Shown here: positions 1 to 10,154 of the stretch, piece after piece
How the letters are laid out: the number at the start of each line of letters is the position of its first letter
How positions within the stretch are numbered: position 1 is the first letter of the stretch
Assembly (NCBI GenBank): GCA_964472605.1
Contig: CAYYLG010000004.1
Location: 1 to 27,567, forward strand
Direction of reading: 5' to 3'
Source of the DNA: an uncultured Candidatus Saccharibacteria bacterium
GTDB lineage: Bacteria > Patescibacteriota > Minisyncoccia > Phycocordibacterales > CAIZIN01
DNA length: 27,567 bases
Notes under the pieces: model-generated
Told to the model about the DNA's origin: nothing
The model's database searches: none
What the model saw: only the letters and a program-made list of their open reading frames with translations
Made by a program: the position numbers and the translations under genes

Positions 1-795
1 GATTTTTTGAAATGCCCGAGACTTTATTATCTGCATAATATGTATAAAAACCCGAAAACCGGGAGGAAGATTAATATAACGTCACCTGCGCTGGCACTAG
101 GCGTTGCCGTTCATGAAGTTCTGGAACCGCTAGCTTGGATAAAGACGGAGGATAGATTCAAACAAGATTTCAAAAAACTTTTTGAAGAAGCATGGAAACC
201 GGTATCAGGAAAATTGGGAGGGTTTAAAACTGAAGAGAAGGAAATTGAGACAAAAAATCGTGGATGGGAAATGATACAGAGAGTTTTAGAAAATCCAGGA
301 CCGCTTAGTAATCCCGCACTACGAATGGTGAAAGATAAAAAAGATTTACCTTATTTTTTCCTTATGCCAGAAGAAAATATTATCCTTTGTGGCAAGATTG
401 ATTGGCTTGAATATTTGCCCGAAACAGATAGTTTGCATATTTTGGATTTCAAAACCGGCAGAAGTGAAGAGAAAGAGGATTCACTTCAATTACCAATTTA
501 TTTATTGCTTCTTAAAAATTTAAAAAGCCGTCCTGTGTCTAAGGCTAGTTATTGGTATATTGATCGTGACAATGAACCAAAGGAGAAACCTTTACCGAGT
601 GTTGATGAATCATTTAAGAAACTGTGTGAGATTGGACTTCAGGTGAAAAAGGCTCGCAAAGCTCCAGAGAGTGAAGGGCTTCTCAAATGCCCACATGGTG
701 GCTGTAGGGAATGTGAACCATTTGAAAAGATTCTGCGTGGCGAAGCTGAATATGTGGGAGTGGGTAACTATAATCAAGAGCTTTACATTTTGTAA
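1..795 (+). CDS. PD-(D/E)XK (RecB/Cas4/AddB-type) nuclease domain with 4-Cys Fe-S cluster signature; reading frame open to window edge, likely 3' part of a larger gene (5'-partial)
   Basis: Frame is open from nt 1 (codon at 7 is TTG, not ATG). Motifs: N-terminal Cys (KCPRLYY), GKIDWLE (motif II Asp), ILDFKTG (D-x-K motif III), QLPIY (QxxxY), C-terminal CPHGGCRECEP (C-x4-C-x2-C). Layout parallels the C-terminal nuclease domain of the 963-aa helicase-nuclease at 11855-14746. Confidence 0.7.
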   Translation, partial: DFLKCPRLYYLHNMYKNPKTGRKINITSPALALGVAVHEVLEPLAWIKTEDRFKQDFKKLFEEAWKPVSGKLGGFKTEEKEIETKNRGWEMIQRVLENPGPLSNPALRMVKDKKDLPYFFLMPEENIILCGKIDWLEYLPETDSLHILDFKTGRSEEKEDSLQLPIYLLLLKNLKSRPVSKASYWYIDRDNEPKEKPLPSVDESFKKLCEIGLQVKKARKAPESEGLLKCPHGGCRECEPFEKILRGEAEYVGVGNYNQELYIL

Positions 796-818
796 TTTTG
801 GCATTAGTCTGATCGGAG

Positions 819-1223
819 ATGCATGCTAAACATTCTATAGTTGTTTCAGTTGATTTAGAACATATCGATGAACTCGGACATGTTAATTTCCTAGAACTTC
901 AAAGATTGGTTTTTGTTGCACATCGGCAGATTATGCGAAAGTTTGGGGTGGATATAAATACCCTTAAGGAGCAAGATTTTTGTCTAATGATGCTTGTGGT
1001 TGAGAAAGTTGAATTTCATCGTGAATTAAAACTTGGAGATATTCTAGACATTAAATTTGTCATCAATCGAACCAGGCCAATGGTTTTGAAGTTTGAAGTT
1101 CAGGTATTTTCGTCAGACTTGCTTTCTGCTTCATTGTCCTATGAAATGGTAACAGCAAAATTTTCTACAAAAAGACCGATAGCAGTTCACAAAACCCCAG
1201 TTAAAGTCTTGATTGAAGCGTAA
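819..1223 (+). CDS. Hotdog-fold acyl-CoA thioesterase (4HBT/YbgC-like)
   Basis: 134 aa; N-terminal DLEHIDELGHVNF motif typical of the 4-hydroxybenzoyl-CoA thioesterase family; size fits a single hotdog domain. Confidence 0.6.
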   Translation: MHAKHSIVVSVDLEHIDELGHVNFLELQRLVFVAHRQIMRKFGVDINTLKEQDFCLMMLVVEKVEFHRELKLGDILDIKFVINRTRPMVLKFEVQVFSSDLLSASLSYEMVTAKFSTKRPIAVHKTPVKVLIEA

Positions 1224-1243
1224 TAACTGGTTTTTTATATAAT

Positions 1244-1271
1244 TTGACACCCCATAAAACCCGTGTATAAT
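1244..1271 (+). promoter_or_regulatory. Sigma70-type promoter (TTGACA -16/17 nt- TATAAT) upstream of rpoB, followed by ~190 nt leader
   Basis: TTGACA at 1244-1249, TG-TATAAT at 1264-1271; perfect consensus hexamers in an intergenic region. Confidence 0.5.
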
Positions 1272-1460
1272 AGCTCATGATTGTGACTCGAATGAGTTCC
1301 GCTGGCAAAGGAACAATCGCCTATTAACAACCTCCGTTTCAATAAGAAAAATCACCCGATGATGCATCACGCGGGAGTATTTATAAATTTATAGAAGGAG
1401 AAACCCTTACCACATAAGTGGTCGGGGTATTTTGTGCGTTTATTAAGAAGGAAAGAAATT

Positions 1461-4400
1461 ATGCAAAAAACGAAAAAGTATTTCGGGAAGTTTAAGAAGC
1501 CATGGATCGAGATCCCAAACCTTGTAGAAGGTCAGGTTGAATCATTCAAGCTACTTAAATCGATTGGTATCGGTGAAGTATTCAAGGAGTTTGGTGGAAT
1601 CAAAGATTTTTCAAACAAAAAGTTTGAACTTACTTTCACTGACTACAAACTTGAAGAACCTAAGTATGATGAGCAATATGCCAAGGAGAACAAGCTTTCA
1701 TTTGAAGCTCCTCTTAAGGTAATGGTTCGTTTGGAAAACAAGATTATGAAAACTTCTAAGGAACAGGAGATTTTCATGGCTGATTTCCCACTAATGACAT
1801 CAAACGGTACTTTCATTATAAACGGTATCGAGCGCGTGATCGTTCCACAGCTTGCTAGATCATTTGGTATTTTCTTTACTGAAAACGAAATTCGTGGAAA
1901 GCGTTACTTTGGTGCCAAGATAATTCCTTCTCGCGGTGCTTGGGTTGAAATTGAGACTGAGGCAGAAGATGCACTATATGTTCGTATCGATAAAAACAGA
2001 AAGTTTCCTATCACAACTCTACTCCGCGTGATGGGTGCTCCAACTGATACAGATATCCTTGCTCTTGGTGCTGGTAATCCAGAACTAAAGCATGCTCTCG
2101 AAGTTACTTTGGCTAAGGATCATGTAAAGACTCAAGATGAGGCTTACATTGAAATCTACAAGCGTCTTCGTGATGGAGATCTTGCTACAGTAGACAATGC
2201 TCGCGATTTCGTTAAAACTATTTTCGATCCAGAACGTTATGACCTTCACAGAGTTGGTCGTTTCCGTTTCAACAAGCGTTTCGGTAAATCTCTAGAAGAA
2301 AAAGCACTTGCCCAGCGTACTGTTTCTCTAGATGATTTGGTTACGACTTTAGCTCATGCGGTATCTCTAAACCACAATCCTGATGCTACAGCTGACGATA
2401 TTGATCATATGGGATCAAGACGTGTTAGGTTCGTTGGAGAAATGCTTCAACAGAAAGTTCGTGTTGGTATGACACAAATGAAGAGAAACATTCAGAACAG
2501 AATGTCTACAATTGATACAGATGCAACACTTCCAGTTCAATTCATTTCGCCTCGTCCACTACAGGCTCGTATCAAGGAATTCTTTACTACAAACCAGCTT
2601 TCACAGTTCATGCAACAAGTGAACTCTCTAGAAGAGCTTGAGCACATGAGAACTATCTCAGCACTTGGTCCTGGAGGTTTGTCACGTGAACGTGCAGGTT
2701 TCGAAGTCCGTGACGTACACCCATCTCATTACGGAAGAGTTTGTCCGATCCATACACCAGAAGGTCAAAACATCGGTCTTATTCTTCGTCTTGCAACATA
2801 TGCCAAGGTAAATGAATTCGGCATGATTGAGACTCCTTATGTGAAAGTAAAGAATGGAAAGATCACAGGTGAGATTCAATATTTCAATGCACTAGAAGAA
2901 GAAGAGTTCAACATTGCTCACGCTGCGATAAACTATGATGACAAAGGTAAGATTACAGATGCAGAAGTTGAAGTAAGACAGAACGGCAAGCCAGGACTTG
3001 TTAAACCAGAAGAAGTTCATCTTATGGACGTGGCGACAAATCAACCATTCGCTATCACAACTTCTATGATTCCGTTCCTAAACCACGACGATGCTAACCG
3101 TGCGCTCATGGGATCAAACATGCAGAAGCAGGCGGTGCCTTGTATTATTCCTGAAGCTCCGCTAGTTGCGACTGGTATCGAGGAGAAAGCTATCGAGGAC
3201 ACATCTCGTGTTATTAAGTCAAATGTAGAAGGAACTGTTACTGCGGTTGATGCTAAGAAAGTTGTTGTTAAAGACTCTAAAGGTAAGGAACATGTTTCAA
3301 AACTTGTTGAATTTTCTAGAACAAACGGATTTACCGCATTCCACCAGCGTCCAGCAGTAAACTTGGGAGACAAGATTAAGAAAGGTGATTTACTTGCTGA
3401 TACATCTGTATCTGACTCAGGTCAGATGGCACTTGGTCAAAACATGCTTGTAGCATTCATGACTTGGTCTGGATCAAACTATGAAGATGCGATCATTCTT
3501 TCAGAGAGACTTGTAAAGGAAAGTAAATTTACTTCAATTCATCTAGATGAGTTCGTAGTAAATGTTCGTGATACTAAACTTGGACCTGAAGTTACAACTT
3601 GTGATATTCCAAACGTTGGCGAAATCAGACTAAAGAATTTGGATGAGGATGGTGTAATACGCATCGGTGCAGAAGTTCGTCCTGGAGATATTCTAGTTGG
3701 TAAAGTTACACCAAAAGGTGAGACACAACTTACTCCAGAAGAAAGACTACTTCGCTCTATTTTCGGTGAGAAAGCAAAGGATGTTAAGGATACTTCAAAG
3801 CGTGTTGATTCTGGAAACAGAGGACGTGTTGTTGGAGTGAAAATCTTCTCTCGTGAAAAGGGAGACAAGCTTGAATCAGGAATTATCAAGAGAATCCATA
3901 TCGAGATCGCTCAGCTTAGAAATATTTCAGTTGGAGACAAGCTAGCTGGTCGTCACGGAAACAAAGGTGTTATCTCAAAGATTCTTCCAGTTGAAGACAT
4001 GCCATATATGGCAGACGGAACTCCGGTAGATGTGATCCTTACACCACTTGGTGTACCATCACGTATGAACCTAGGTCAGATCCTCGAGCTTCACATGGGT
4101 ATGGCTGCTTCAAAGTTAAACTATCAAGCAATCGTTCCTCCATTCTCAGGTGCGACAGATGCCGAGATTAAGGAAGAATTGAAGAAGGCTGGTGTGCCAG
4201 AAGATGGTAAATTCCAACTATTTGATGGAAGAAACGGAGAACCATTCCAGCAAAAGACCGCTGTCGGATATATGTACATCTTGAAACTGCATCACATGGT
4301 GGAAGACAAGATACATATGCGTTCTATCGGTCCTTACTCTCTTATCACTCAGCAGCCACTTGGAGGAAAGGCGCAAAACGGAGGACAGAGATTTGGAGAA

Positions 4401-4667
4401 ATGGAGGTATGGGCACTCCTCGGCCACGGTGCAGCTTACACACTTCGTGAAATGCTTACATACAAGTCAGACGACATTGTAGGAAGAAGTGAAGCATTCG
4501 ATTCGATCGTTAAAGGCGAGAGAATAGAAGCTCCAAATGTTCCTGCTTCATTCCATGTTGTGCTAAATACACTTAGAGGATTGGGGCTTGATGTGGATCT
4601 TAAAAAGGGAGACCAAATAGTCGAAAGGTCTAGAAAGAAGAAGGAGAATAACGGTAATGATTATTAA
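1461..4667 (+). CDS. rpoB: DNA-directed RNA polymerase subunit beta
   Basis: 1068-aa product with unmistakable RpoB conservation throughout; ATG at 1461 preceded by aaggaaag RBS-like sequence (ORF track's 1434 start is an in-frame GTG extension). Confidence 0.95.
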   Translation: MQKTKKYFGKFKKPWIEIPNLVEGQVESFKLLKSIGIGEVFKEFGGIKDFSNKKFELTFTDYKLEEPKYDEQYAKENKLSFEAPLKVMVRLENKIMKTSKEQEIFMADFPLMTSNGTFIINGIERVIVPQLARSFGIFFTENEIRGKRYFGAKIIPSRGAWVEIETEAEDALYVRIDKNRKFPITTLLRVMGAPTDTDILALGAGNPELKHALEVTLAKDHVKTQDEAYIEIYKRLRDGDLATVDNARDFVKTIFDPERYDLHRVGRFRFNKRFGKSLEEKALAQRTVSLDDLVTTLAHAVSLNHNPDATADDIDHMGSRRVRFVGEMLQQKVRVGMTQMKRNIQNRMSTIDTDATLPVQFISPRPLQARIKEFFTTNQLSQFMQQVNSLEELEHMRTISALGPGGLSRERAGFEVRDVHPSHYGRVCPIHTPEGQNIGLILRLATYAKVNEFGMIETPYVKVKNGKITGEIQYFNALEEEEFNIAHAAINYDDKGKITDAEVEVRQNGKPGLVKPEEVHLMDVATNQPFAITTSMIPFLNHDDANRALMGSNMQKQAVPCIIPEAPLVATGIEEKAIEDTSRVIKSNVEGTVTAVDAKKVVVKDSKGKEHVSKLVEFSRTNGFTAFHQRPAVNLGDKIKKGDLLADTSVSDSGQMALGQNMLVAFMTWSGSNYEDAIILSERLVKESKFTSIHLDEFVVNVRDTKLGPEVTTCDIPNVGEIRLKNLDEDGVIRIGAEVRPGDILVGKVTPKGETQLTPEERLLRSIFGEKAKDVKDTSKRVDSGNRGRVVGVKIFSREKGDKLESGIIKRIHIEIAQLRNISVGDKLAGRHGNKGVISKILPVEDMPYMADGTPVDVILTPLGVPSRMNLGQILELHMGMAASKLNYQAIVPPFSGATDAEIKEELKKAGVPEDGKFQLFDGRNGEPFQQKTAVGYMYILKLHHMVEDKIHMRSIGPYSLITQQPLGGKAQNGGQRFGEMEVWALLGHGAAYTLREMLTYKSDDIVGRSEAFDSIVKGERIEAPNVPASFHVVLNTLRGLGLDVDLKKGDQIVERSRKKKENNGNDY

Positions 4668-4693
4668 TCCTTAACTCTAACTAATAAAAATAT

Positions 4694-7600
4694 ATGAATT
4701 CAAAATTCAACATAAAAGACCTAAACGACTTTGATTCAATCTCACTTAAGGTTGCATCTCCTGATCGTATTAAAGAATGGTCATACGGTGAAGTTACAAA
4801 ACCAGAGACCATGAACTACAGAACACAGCGTTCTGAAAAAAATGGACTCTTTGATGAAAAAATCTTCGGTCCAGACAGAGACTATGAATGTTACTGTGGA
4901 AAATACCGCGGTATTCGTTACAAGGGAATTGTTTGTGAAAAATGTGGAGTAGAAATAACTCGCTCAATTGTTCGTCGTGAAAGAATGGGACATATTGAGC
5001 TTTCAACACCAGTTGCACACATCTGGTTCCTTAGAGCTATTCCTTCAAGAATGGCACTTATCTTAGGAATGACAGGAGGTGATTTGGAGAAAGTTACTTA
5101 CTTTGCAGGATACTTGGTTACTGCAGTTCATGAAGATGAAAGAACAAAATTCCTTTCTGATCTAGATTCTGAATACAAGTCAAAGGTTAAGTCTCTTCAA
5201 GACGACAAGACTCGTGAAGCACTAAAGGAGCTTCTCCTTACAACAAGAAAAGAAATTGAAGGTATTGCAGTAGGACAAGTTCTTGATGAAGTTCACTATC
5301 ACAAATATTCTCTAAAATACGGAACATTGTTTGAGGCAGGAATCGGTGCAGAAGCGCTTTATGATATTTGTAAAAAAATAAATCTAGAAACTCTTCATAA
5401 AGAGCTTGAAGCTTCACTAGAAAAGGCTGGTGCAGCGGATAAGGAAAAGATAAATAAGAGAATTACTCTTGTGAAATCAATGATTGCTGCGAATCTTCGC
5501 CCAGAGTGGATGTTCATTACTCGTCTCCCAGTTATTCCAGCAGGACTTCGTCCAATGGTTGCTCTTGAAGGAGGTAGACATGCTACATCAGATGTGAATG
5601 ATCTATATCGTCGTGTAATCAACCGTAACAATCGTCTAAGAAAGCTTATGGAAATTCACGCTCCAGATGTGATCCTAAGAAATGAAAAAAGAATTCTTCA
5701 GGAAGCGGTGGATGCGCTTATCGATAACTCAATGCGTTCAGGTGGAGCAGCTACAGCAGGAGCAAATCCACTACAGCGTCGCCCTCTAAAGTCTCTTGCA
5801 GATAACCTAAAGGGTAAGAGAGGACTATTCCGTGGAAACCTTCTAGGTAAGCGTGTTGACTACTCAGGACGTTCAGTAATCGTAGTAGGTCCTACACTAA
5901 GCTTGGATGAATGTGGATTACCAAAACAAATGGCTCTTGAACTTTTCAAACCATTTGTTATCTCAGGACTACTTAAGAGAGAATTGGCATTCAACATCCG
6001 TGGAGCAACAAGACTTATCGAAGATGAGACTCCAGAAGTTTGGGAAATTCTAGAAGAAGTGATCAAAGGTAAATACGTTCTTCTAAACCGTGCTCCAACA
6101 CTTCACAGACTTGGTATTCAAGCTTTCAGACCAAAACTTATTGAAGGAAATGCGGTTCATGTTCACCCACTAGTATGTACAGCCTTCAACGCGGACTTCG
6201 ACGGAGACCAAATGGCGGTTCATGTACCACTTTCAGAAGAAGCACAAATGGAAGCTCGTGAGATCATGGCCTCAGACAAAAACATTTTGAAGCCAGGTTC
6301 AGGAGATCTAACAGTAGTTGCTAAGCTTCTTGATATCGTACTCGGATGTTATTGGATGACAAAGGAACTTCCAGGAGAATTAGGAGAAAAGAAAATGTTC
6401 TCATCTCCAAACGAAGCTATTACAGCTTGGGATTTCAAAGTTGTAAGTGCTCGCGCAAAGATTTATGTTCTTGGTGGTCCTGAAGATAAATTTAGTGAAA
6501 TGAGAGATAAGGCATTTGAGACAACAGTAGGAAGACTACTTTTCAATGCTGTACTTCCATCTGACTATCCATACATCAATGCTGAAATGGATAAGAAGCG
6601 CATGAGTGCACTTGTAGATGATCTTGTAAATCGTTATGGAGTAAATCGTGTTGCAGAAATTCTAGATAGAATTAAACATTTCGGGTTTACTTATGCGACA
6701 TACGCAGGTATTACATGGGGTATCGATGATGTACGTGATCCAAAGGAAAAGCAAGAAATAATCGAATCAGCAAAGAAGGAGGCTAGTGCGGTTCATGAAC
6801 AATATAACGAAGGTCTTCTTTCAGATGACGAGAGGTTTAGGAAGACAATTGAAATCTGGCAGGATGCTAAATCAAAGATCGAAAAGACAATGACAAAGGC
6901 ATTCGACAAGGATGGATCTGTACATGACATGGTTATCTCTGGTGCCAGAGGTTCACTTGCTCAGATTACACAGATGGCGGGTATCAAGGGTCTTATTCAG
7001 AACACGGCCGGAGAGACAATTGAATTCCCGATTCTTTCAGCCTACAAACAAGGTCTAACACCGATTGAATACTTCATTACAACTCACGGAGCACGTAAGG
7101 GTATGACGGATACTGCACTTAACACAGCTAAAGCCGGATACCTAACAAGAAAACTCTTCGATGTAGGTCAGGATGTAATCATCAGCGAAAAGGATTGTAA
7201 TACAAAGGATCATGTGGTTATTACAACTGATTCTGATTCTGGTATTGCGATTCCAATTTCAAAGAAGATTCGTGGACGTATTCTTGCTAGTGATGTTGTA
7301 GTGGATGGAAAGACACTATTTAAGAAAGGTCATCTGATGTCTAAGCATGATGCAAAGGACATTGAAGATGCTGGCGTAACTTCTGTAGAAGTTAGATCAC
7401 CTCTTACATGTAAGACAGGACAAGGTATCTGTGCAACATGTTACGGACTTGATCTTGGTAAAAACAAATTGGTTGATGTCGGCGAAGCTGTGGGAACAGT
7501 AGCGGCACAAGCGATCGGTGAACCAGGAACACAGCTTACAATGCGTACATTCCATGCCGGAGGTGTGGCGGTACAAGGTGGAGACATCACAGCCGGTCTT

Positions 7601-8377
7601 CCTCGTGTGGAAGAAATCTTCGAAAAACGTCTTCCAAAGAATCCTGCCGTAGTAACTCATGCTGCCGGTGTGATAACTGAAATCAAGGAATTAGGAAAAG
7701 AAAAATTAATCAAGATGCTTCCTGAGATAGAAGACAAGGGCAAGAAGAAGGGTCAGGAAATTGAATACTATTTCAGTGTTAAGCGTGCACCACTTGTGAA
7801 AGTTGGAGATAAGGTAGAGAAGGGACAGATAATTACTGACGGTTCTGCATCAATCGATGAACTATTCAAATACGGTGGTAAGGAGAAAGCTCAAAACTAT
7901 ATTATTTCTGAAGCAAACAGACTATATGAACTTCAGGGAGAAACAGTTTCTCGTAAACATATTGAAGTTATTGTTCGTCAAATGTTCGGTCCAGTTAAAA
8001 TCAAGTCAGCAGGAGATACACAGTTTGGTGTAGGTGAGACAGTGAACAGATCTGATCTTGAGCGCGAAAATGCTCGCATGACAGCTGCAGAGAAAGAGAT
8101 AGCTTCAGGTGAACCAACAGTACTTGGTATTACTGAGGTATCACTTTCACGAAGAAGCTTCTTGTCAGCTGCATCATTCCAGCATACAAATAGAGTACTT
8201 ATCAATGCTGCAACTAAGGGTACAAAGGAAGATCTAATCGGTCTAAAGGAAAATGTTATCATTGGTCGCCTTATCCCAGCTGGAACAGGCTTCCAAGGAA
8301 GTGAAAAACAAGCTATGGTTAAGGAGCTACAAGATAGTTTGCGCCCTACCTACACTGAAGAAGAAAAGACAGCGTAA
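4694..8377 (+). CDS. rpoC: DNA-directed RNA polymerase subunit beta'
   Basis: 1227 aa; Zn-binding CYCGKYRG...CEKCGV, catalytic NADFDGDQM motif, conserved trigger-loop/bridge regions; 26 nt after rpoB stop. Confidence 0.95.
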   Translation: MNSKFNIKDLNDFDSISLKVASPDRIKEWSYGEVTKPETMNYRTQRSEKNGLFDEKIFGPDRDYECYCGKYRGIRYKGIVCEKCGVEITRSIVRRERMGHIELSTPVAHIWFLRAIPSRMALILGMTGGDLEKVTYFAGYLVTAVHEDERTKFLSDLDSEYKSKVKSLQDDKTREALKELLLTTRKEIEGIAVGQVLDEVHYHKYSLKYGTLFEAGIGAEALYDICKKINLETLHKELEASLEKAGAADKEKINKRITLVKSMIAANLRPEWMFITRLPVIPAGLRPMVALEGGRHATSDVNDLYRRVINRNNRLRKLMEIHAPDVILRNEKRILQEAVDALIDNSMRSGGAATAGANPLQRRPLKSLADNLKGKRGLFRGNLLGKRVDYSGRSVIVVGPTLSLDECGLPKQMALELFKPFVISGLLKRELAFNIRGATRLIEDETPEVWEILEEVIKGKYVLLNRAPTLHRLGIQAFRPKLIEGNAVHVHPLVCTAFNADFDGDQMAVHVPLSEEAQMEAREIMASDKNILKPGSGDLTVVAKLLDIVLGCYWMTKELPGELGEKKMFSSPNEAITAWDFKVVSARAKIYVLGGPEDKFSEMRDKAFETTVGRLLFNAVLPSDYPYINAEMDKKRMSALVDDLVNRYGVNRVAEILDRIKHFGFTYATYAGITWGIDDVRDPKEKQEIIESAKKEASAVHEQYNEGLLSDDERFRKTIEIWQDAKSKIEKTMTKAFDKDGSVHDMVISGARGSLAQITQMAGIKGLIQNTAGETIEFPILSAYKQGLTPIEYFITTHGARKGMTDTALNTAKAGYLTRKLFDVGQDVIISEKDCNTKDHVVITTDSDSGIAIPISKKIRGRILASDVVVDGKTLFKKGHLMSKHDAKDIEDAGVTSVEVRSPLTCKTGQGICATCYGLDLGKNKLVDVGEAVGTVAAQAIGEPGTQLTMRTFHAGGVAVQGGDITAGLPRVEEIFEKRLPKNPAVVTHAAGVITEIKELGKEKLIKMLPEIEDKGKKKGQEIEYYFSVKRAPLVKVGDKVEKGQIITDGSASIDELFKYGGKEKAQNYIISEANRLYELQGETVSRKHIEVIVRQMFGPVKIKSAGDTQFGVGETVNRSDLERENARMTAAEKEIASGEPTVLGITEVSLSRRSFLSAASFQHTNRVLINAATKGTKEDLIGLKENVIIGRLIPAGTGFQGSEKQAMVKELQDSLRPTYTEEEKTA

Positions 8378-8406
8378 TCATCTTGGGTAGACTACAGTCA
8401 CAACCC

Positions 8407-10107
8407 ATGTCATCACCTGTTGAAGAAATAAAAAGAAGAATAAAGATTGAAGAGCTAATCTCAAGTTATATAACTATTGAGCGTGCTGGTTCTAACTTCA
8501 AAGCGAAGTGTCCGTTTCATAATGAACGGACACCTTCGTTTTTCATATCTCCAGACAGAGGATCATACTATTGTTTTGGCTGTGGTGCCAAAGGGGATAT
8601 ATTTAGCTTTGTTCAATCATTCGAAGGGCTGGATTTCATGGGGGCGCTTAAGATTCTTGCTGATAAGTCAGGAGTGGTTTTAGAGTTAAAGTCATTTGAT
8701 GGTCATAAAGGCAAGGATAGATTAATGAAAATCATGGAGGCCGCCACAGTATTCTATGAAAAGTTTCTTGAGAAAAATCCAGAAGTCATAGAATATTTGA
8801 AAGCCAGAGGACTTACAGATGAAACAATAAAGAAATTTAGAATTGGTTTTGCTCCATATGATTGGAGAACATTCTACAACCTAATGTCAGATAAGGGCGC
8901 GACAAAAGATGAATTAATTCGGGCAGGTCTTGTAAAAATAGGTGACAAGGACACTGTTTATGACAGATTTCGAGGTAGAATAATGTTTCCAATCGCGGAT
9001 TCTATAGGTAGAACAATCGCTTTCACTGGAAGAGTATTTAAGGGAGATGAGACACAGGCAAAATATATCAATTCTCCAGAGACTGAACTCTTTAAAAAAT
9101 CGGAAGTGCTTTATGGACTCGACAAGGCCAAGCGGGCGCTTCGTATAAAGAATCGGGCTATCATGGTTGAAGGTCAAATGGATTTAATCATGTGTCATCA
9201 AAGTGGTATTGATGAATCAATCGCTACATCTGGCACAGCGGTAACAGAAGATCATTTGCAAATCATTAAGAGATATACAAACAATCTCCTTGTATCATTC
9301 GATAATGATAAAGCGGGAAGGAAGGCATCAGAAAGACTTTGGTTTATGGCACTCAAGGATGGATTCAATGTAGAGGCTCTTGTAATCCCAAATGGTAAAG
9401 ATCCGGCAGATGCGCTCCTACAAGATAAAAATGCTTTAGATGACTCGATCAAATCTCCTAAGCATCTTATCGAAGCTTTACTTGAAGCACTCTTTAACGA
9501 ATACAAAGATAAAGAATTACTTCGCAAAGCAATTATCTCAGATATCCTTCCACTCATAAGTGCTATTCCTCAAGCTCTTGAACGTGGGAGATTTGTTTCT
9601 ATTATCGCAAGTAAGATGGGGGTAAAGGAGGATGTTGTTTGGGAAGACATCAAAAAACAAAAGTCACCAAACCCAGTCAAAGGCACAGCAAACAAGGAAA
9701 GCACCCTTGTCAAACGTTCGCGTTATGATATGCTAATGGAACATACATGGGCGCTTCTATATTATCTGGAAGCGAACGACCCTGAAGCGCTACAGATATA
9801 CCAAAGGCGCATTAAAGATATTTTGGGTGAGGAAGTTTTCGCAACACTTATAGAAAATAATAAGGACCGCAAACATGAACTAATGTTTCAAGCGGAAGTT
9901 TATTGGGAAGGAAAAGATAAAAAGCAAATAGCAGAGGACTTGAGTCTAGAACTTGAGATTGAAACTCTAAAAGCAAAATTATCTAGTCTAATGGAAGAAT
10001 TACATAAGATAGAGAAAGACGATCCTGCAAAAGCAAAGGATCTTCTCCTCATTTGTCAGGCACATTCTTCGAAACTTGAAAGTTTGAAGTCTGGACAGCG
10101 TAAGTAA
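8407..10107 (+). CDS. dnaG: DNA primase
   Basis: CHC2 zinc finger (CPFHNERTPSF...CFGCG), TOPRIM region (MVEGQMDLI, SFDNDKAGRKA); ATG at 8407 preferred over in-frame TTG at 8383; starts ~30 nt after rpoC stop. Confidence 0.9.
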   Translation: MSSPVEEIKRRIKIEELISSYITIERAGSNFKAKCPFHNERTPSFFISPDRGSYYCFGCGAKGDIFSFVQSFEGLDFMGALKILADKSGVVLELKSFDGHKGKDRLMKIMEAATVFYEKFLEKNPEVIEYLKARGLTDETIKKFRIGFAPYDWRTFYNLMSDKGATKDELIRAGLVKIGDKDTVYDRFRGRIMFPIADSIGRTIAFTGRVFKGDETQAKYINSPETELFKKSEVLYGLDKAKRALRIKNRAIMVEGQMDLIMCHQSGIDESIATSGTAVTEDHLQIIKRYTNNLLVSFDNDKAGRKASERLWFMALKDGFNVEALVIPNGKDPADALLQDKNALDDSIKSPKHLIEALLEALFNEYKDKELLRKAIISDILPLISAIPQALERGRFVSIIASKMGVKEDVVWEDIKKQKSPNPVKGTANKESTLVKRSRYDMLMEHTWALLYYLEANDPEALQIYQRRIKDILGEEVFATLIENNKDRKHELMFQAEVYWEGKDKKQIAEDLSLELEIETLKAKLSSLMEELHKIEKDDPAKAKDLLLICQAHSSKLESLKSGQRK

Positions 10108-10154
10108 GTTTATTTATAAAATTTATAATCTCATAATCCTTTAATCTCTCACAA

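Noticed and set aside
1434-1460. GTG-initiated 9-codon extension of rpoB (MRLLRRKEI)
   Set aside because: The ATG at 1461 is preceded by an aaggaaag RBS-like sequence and gives a canonical RpoB N-terminus. The GTG extension has no RBS.
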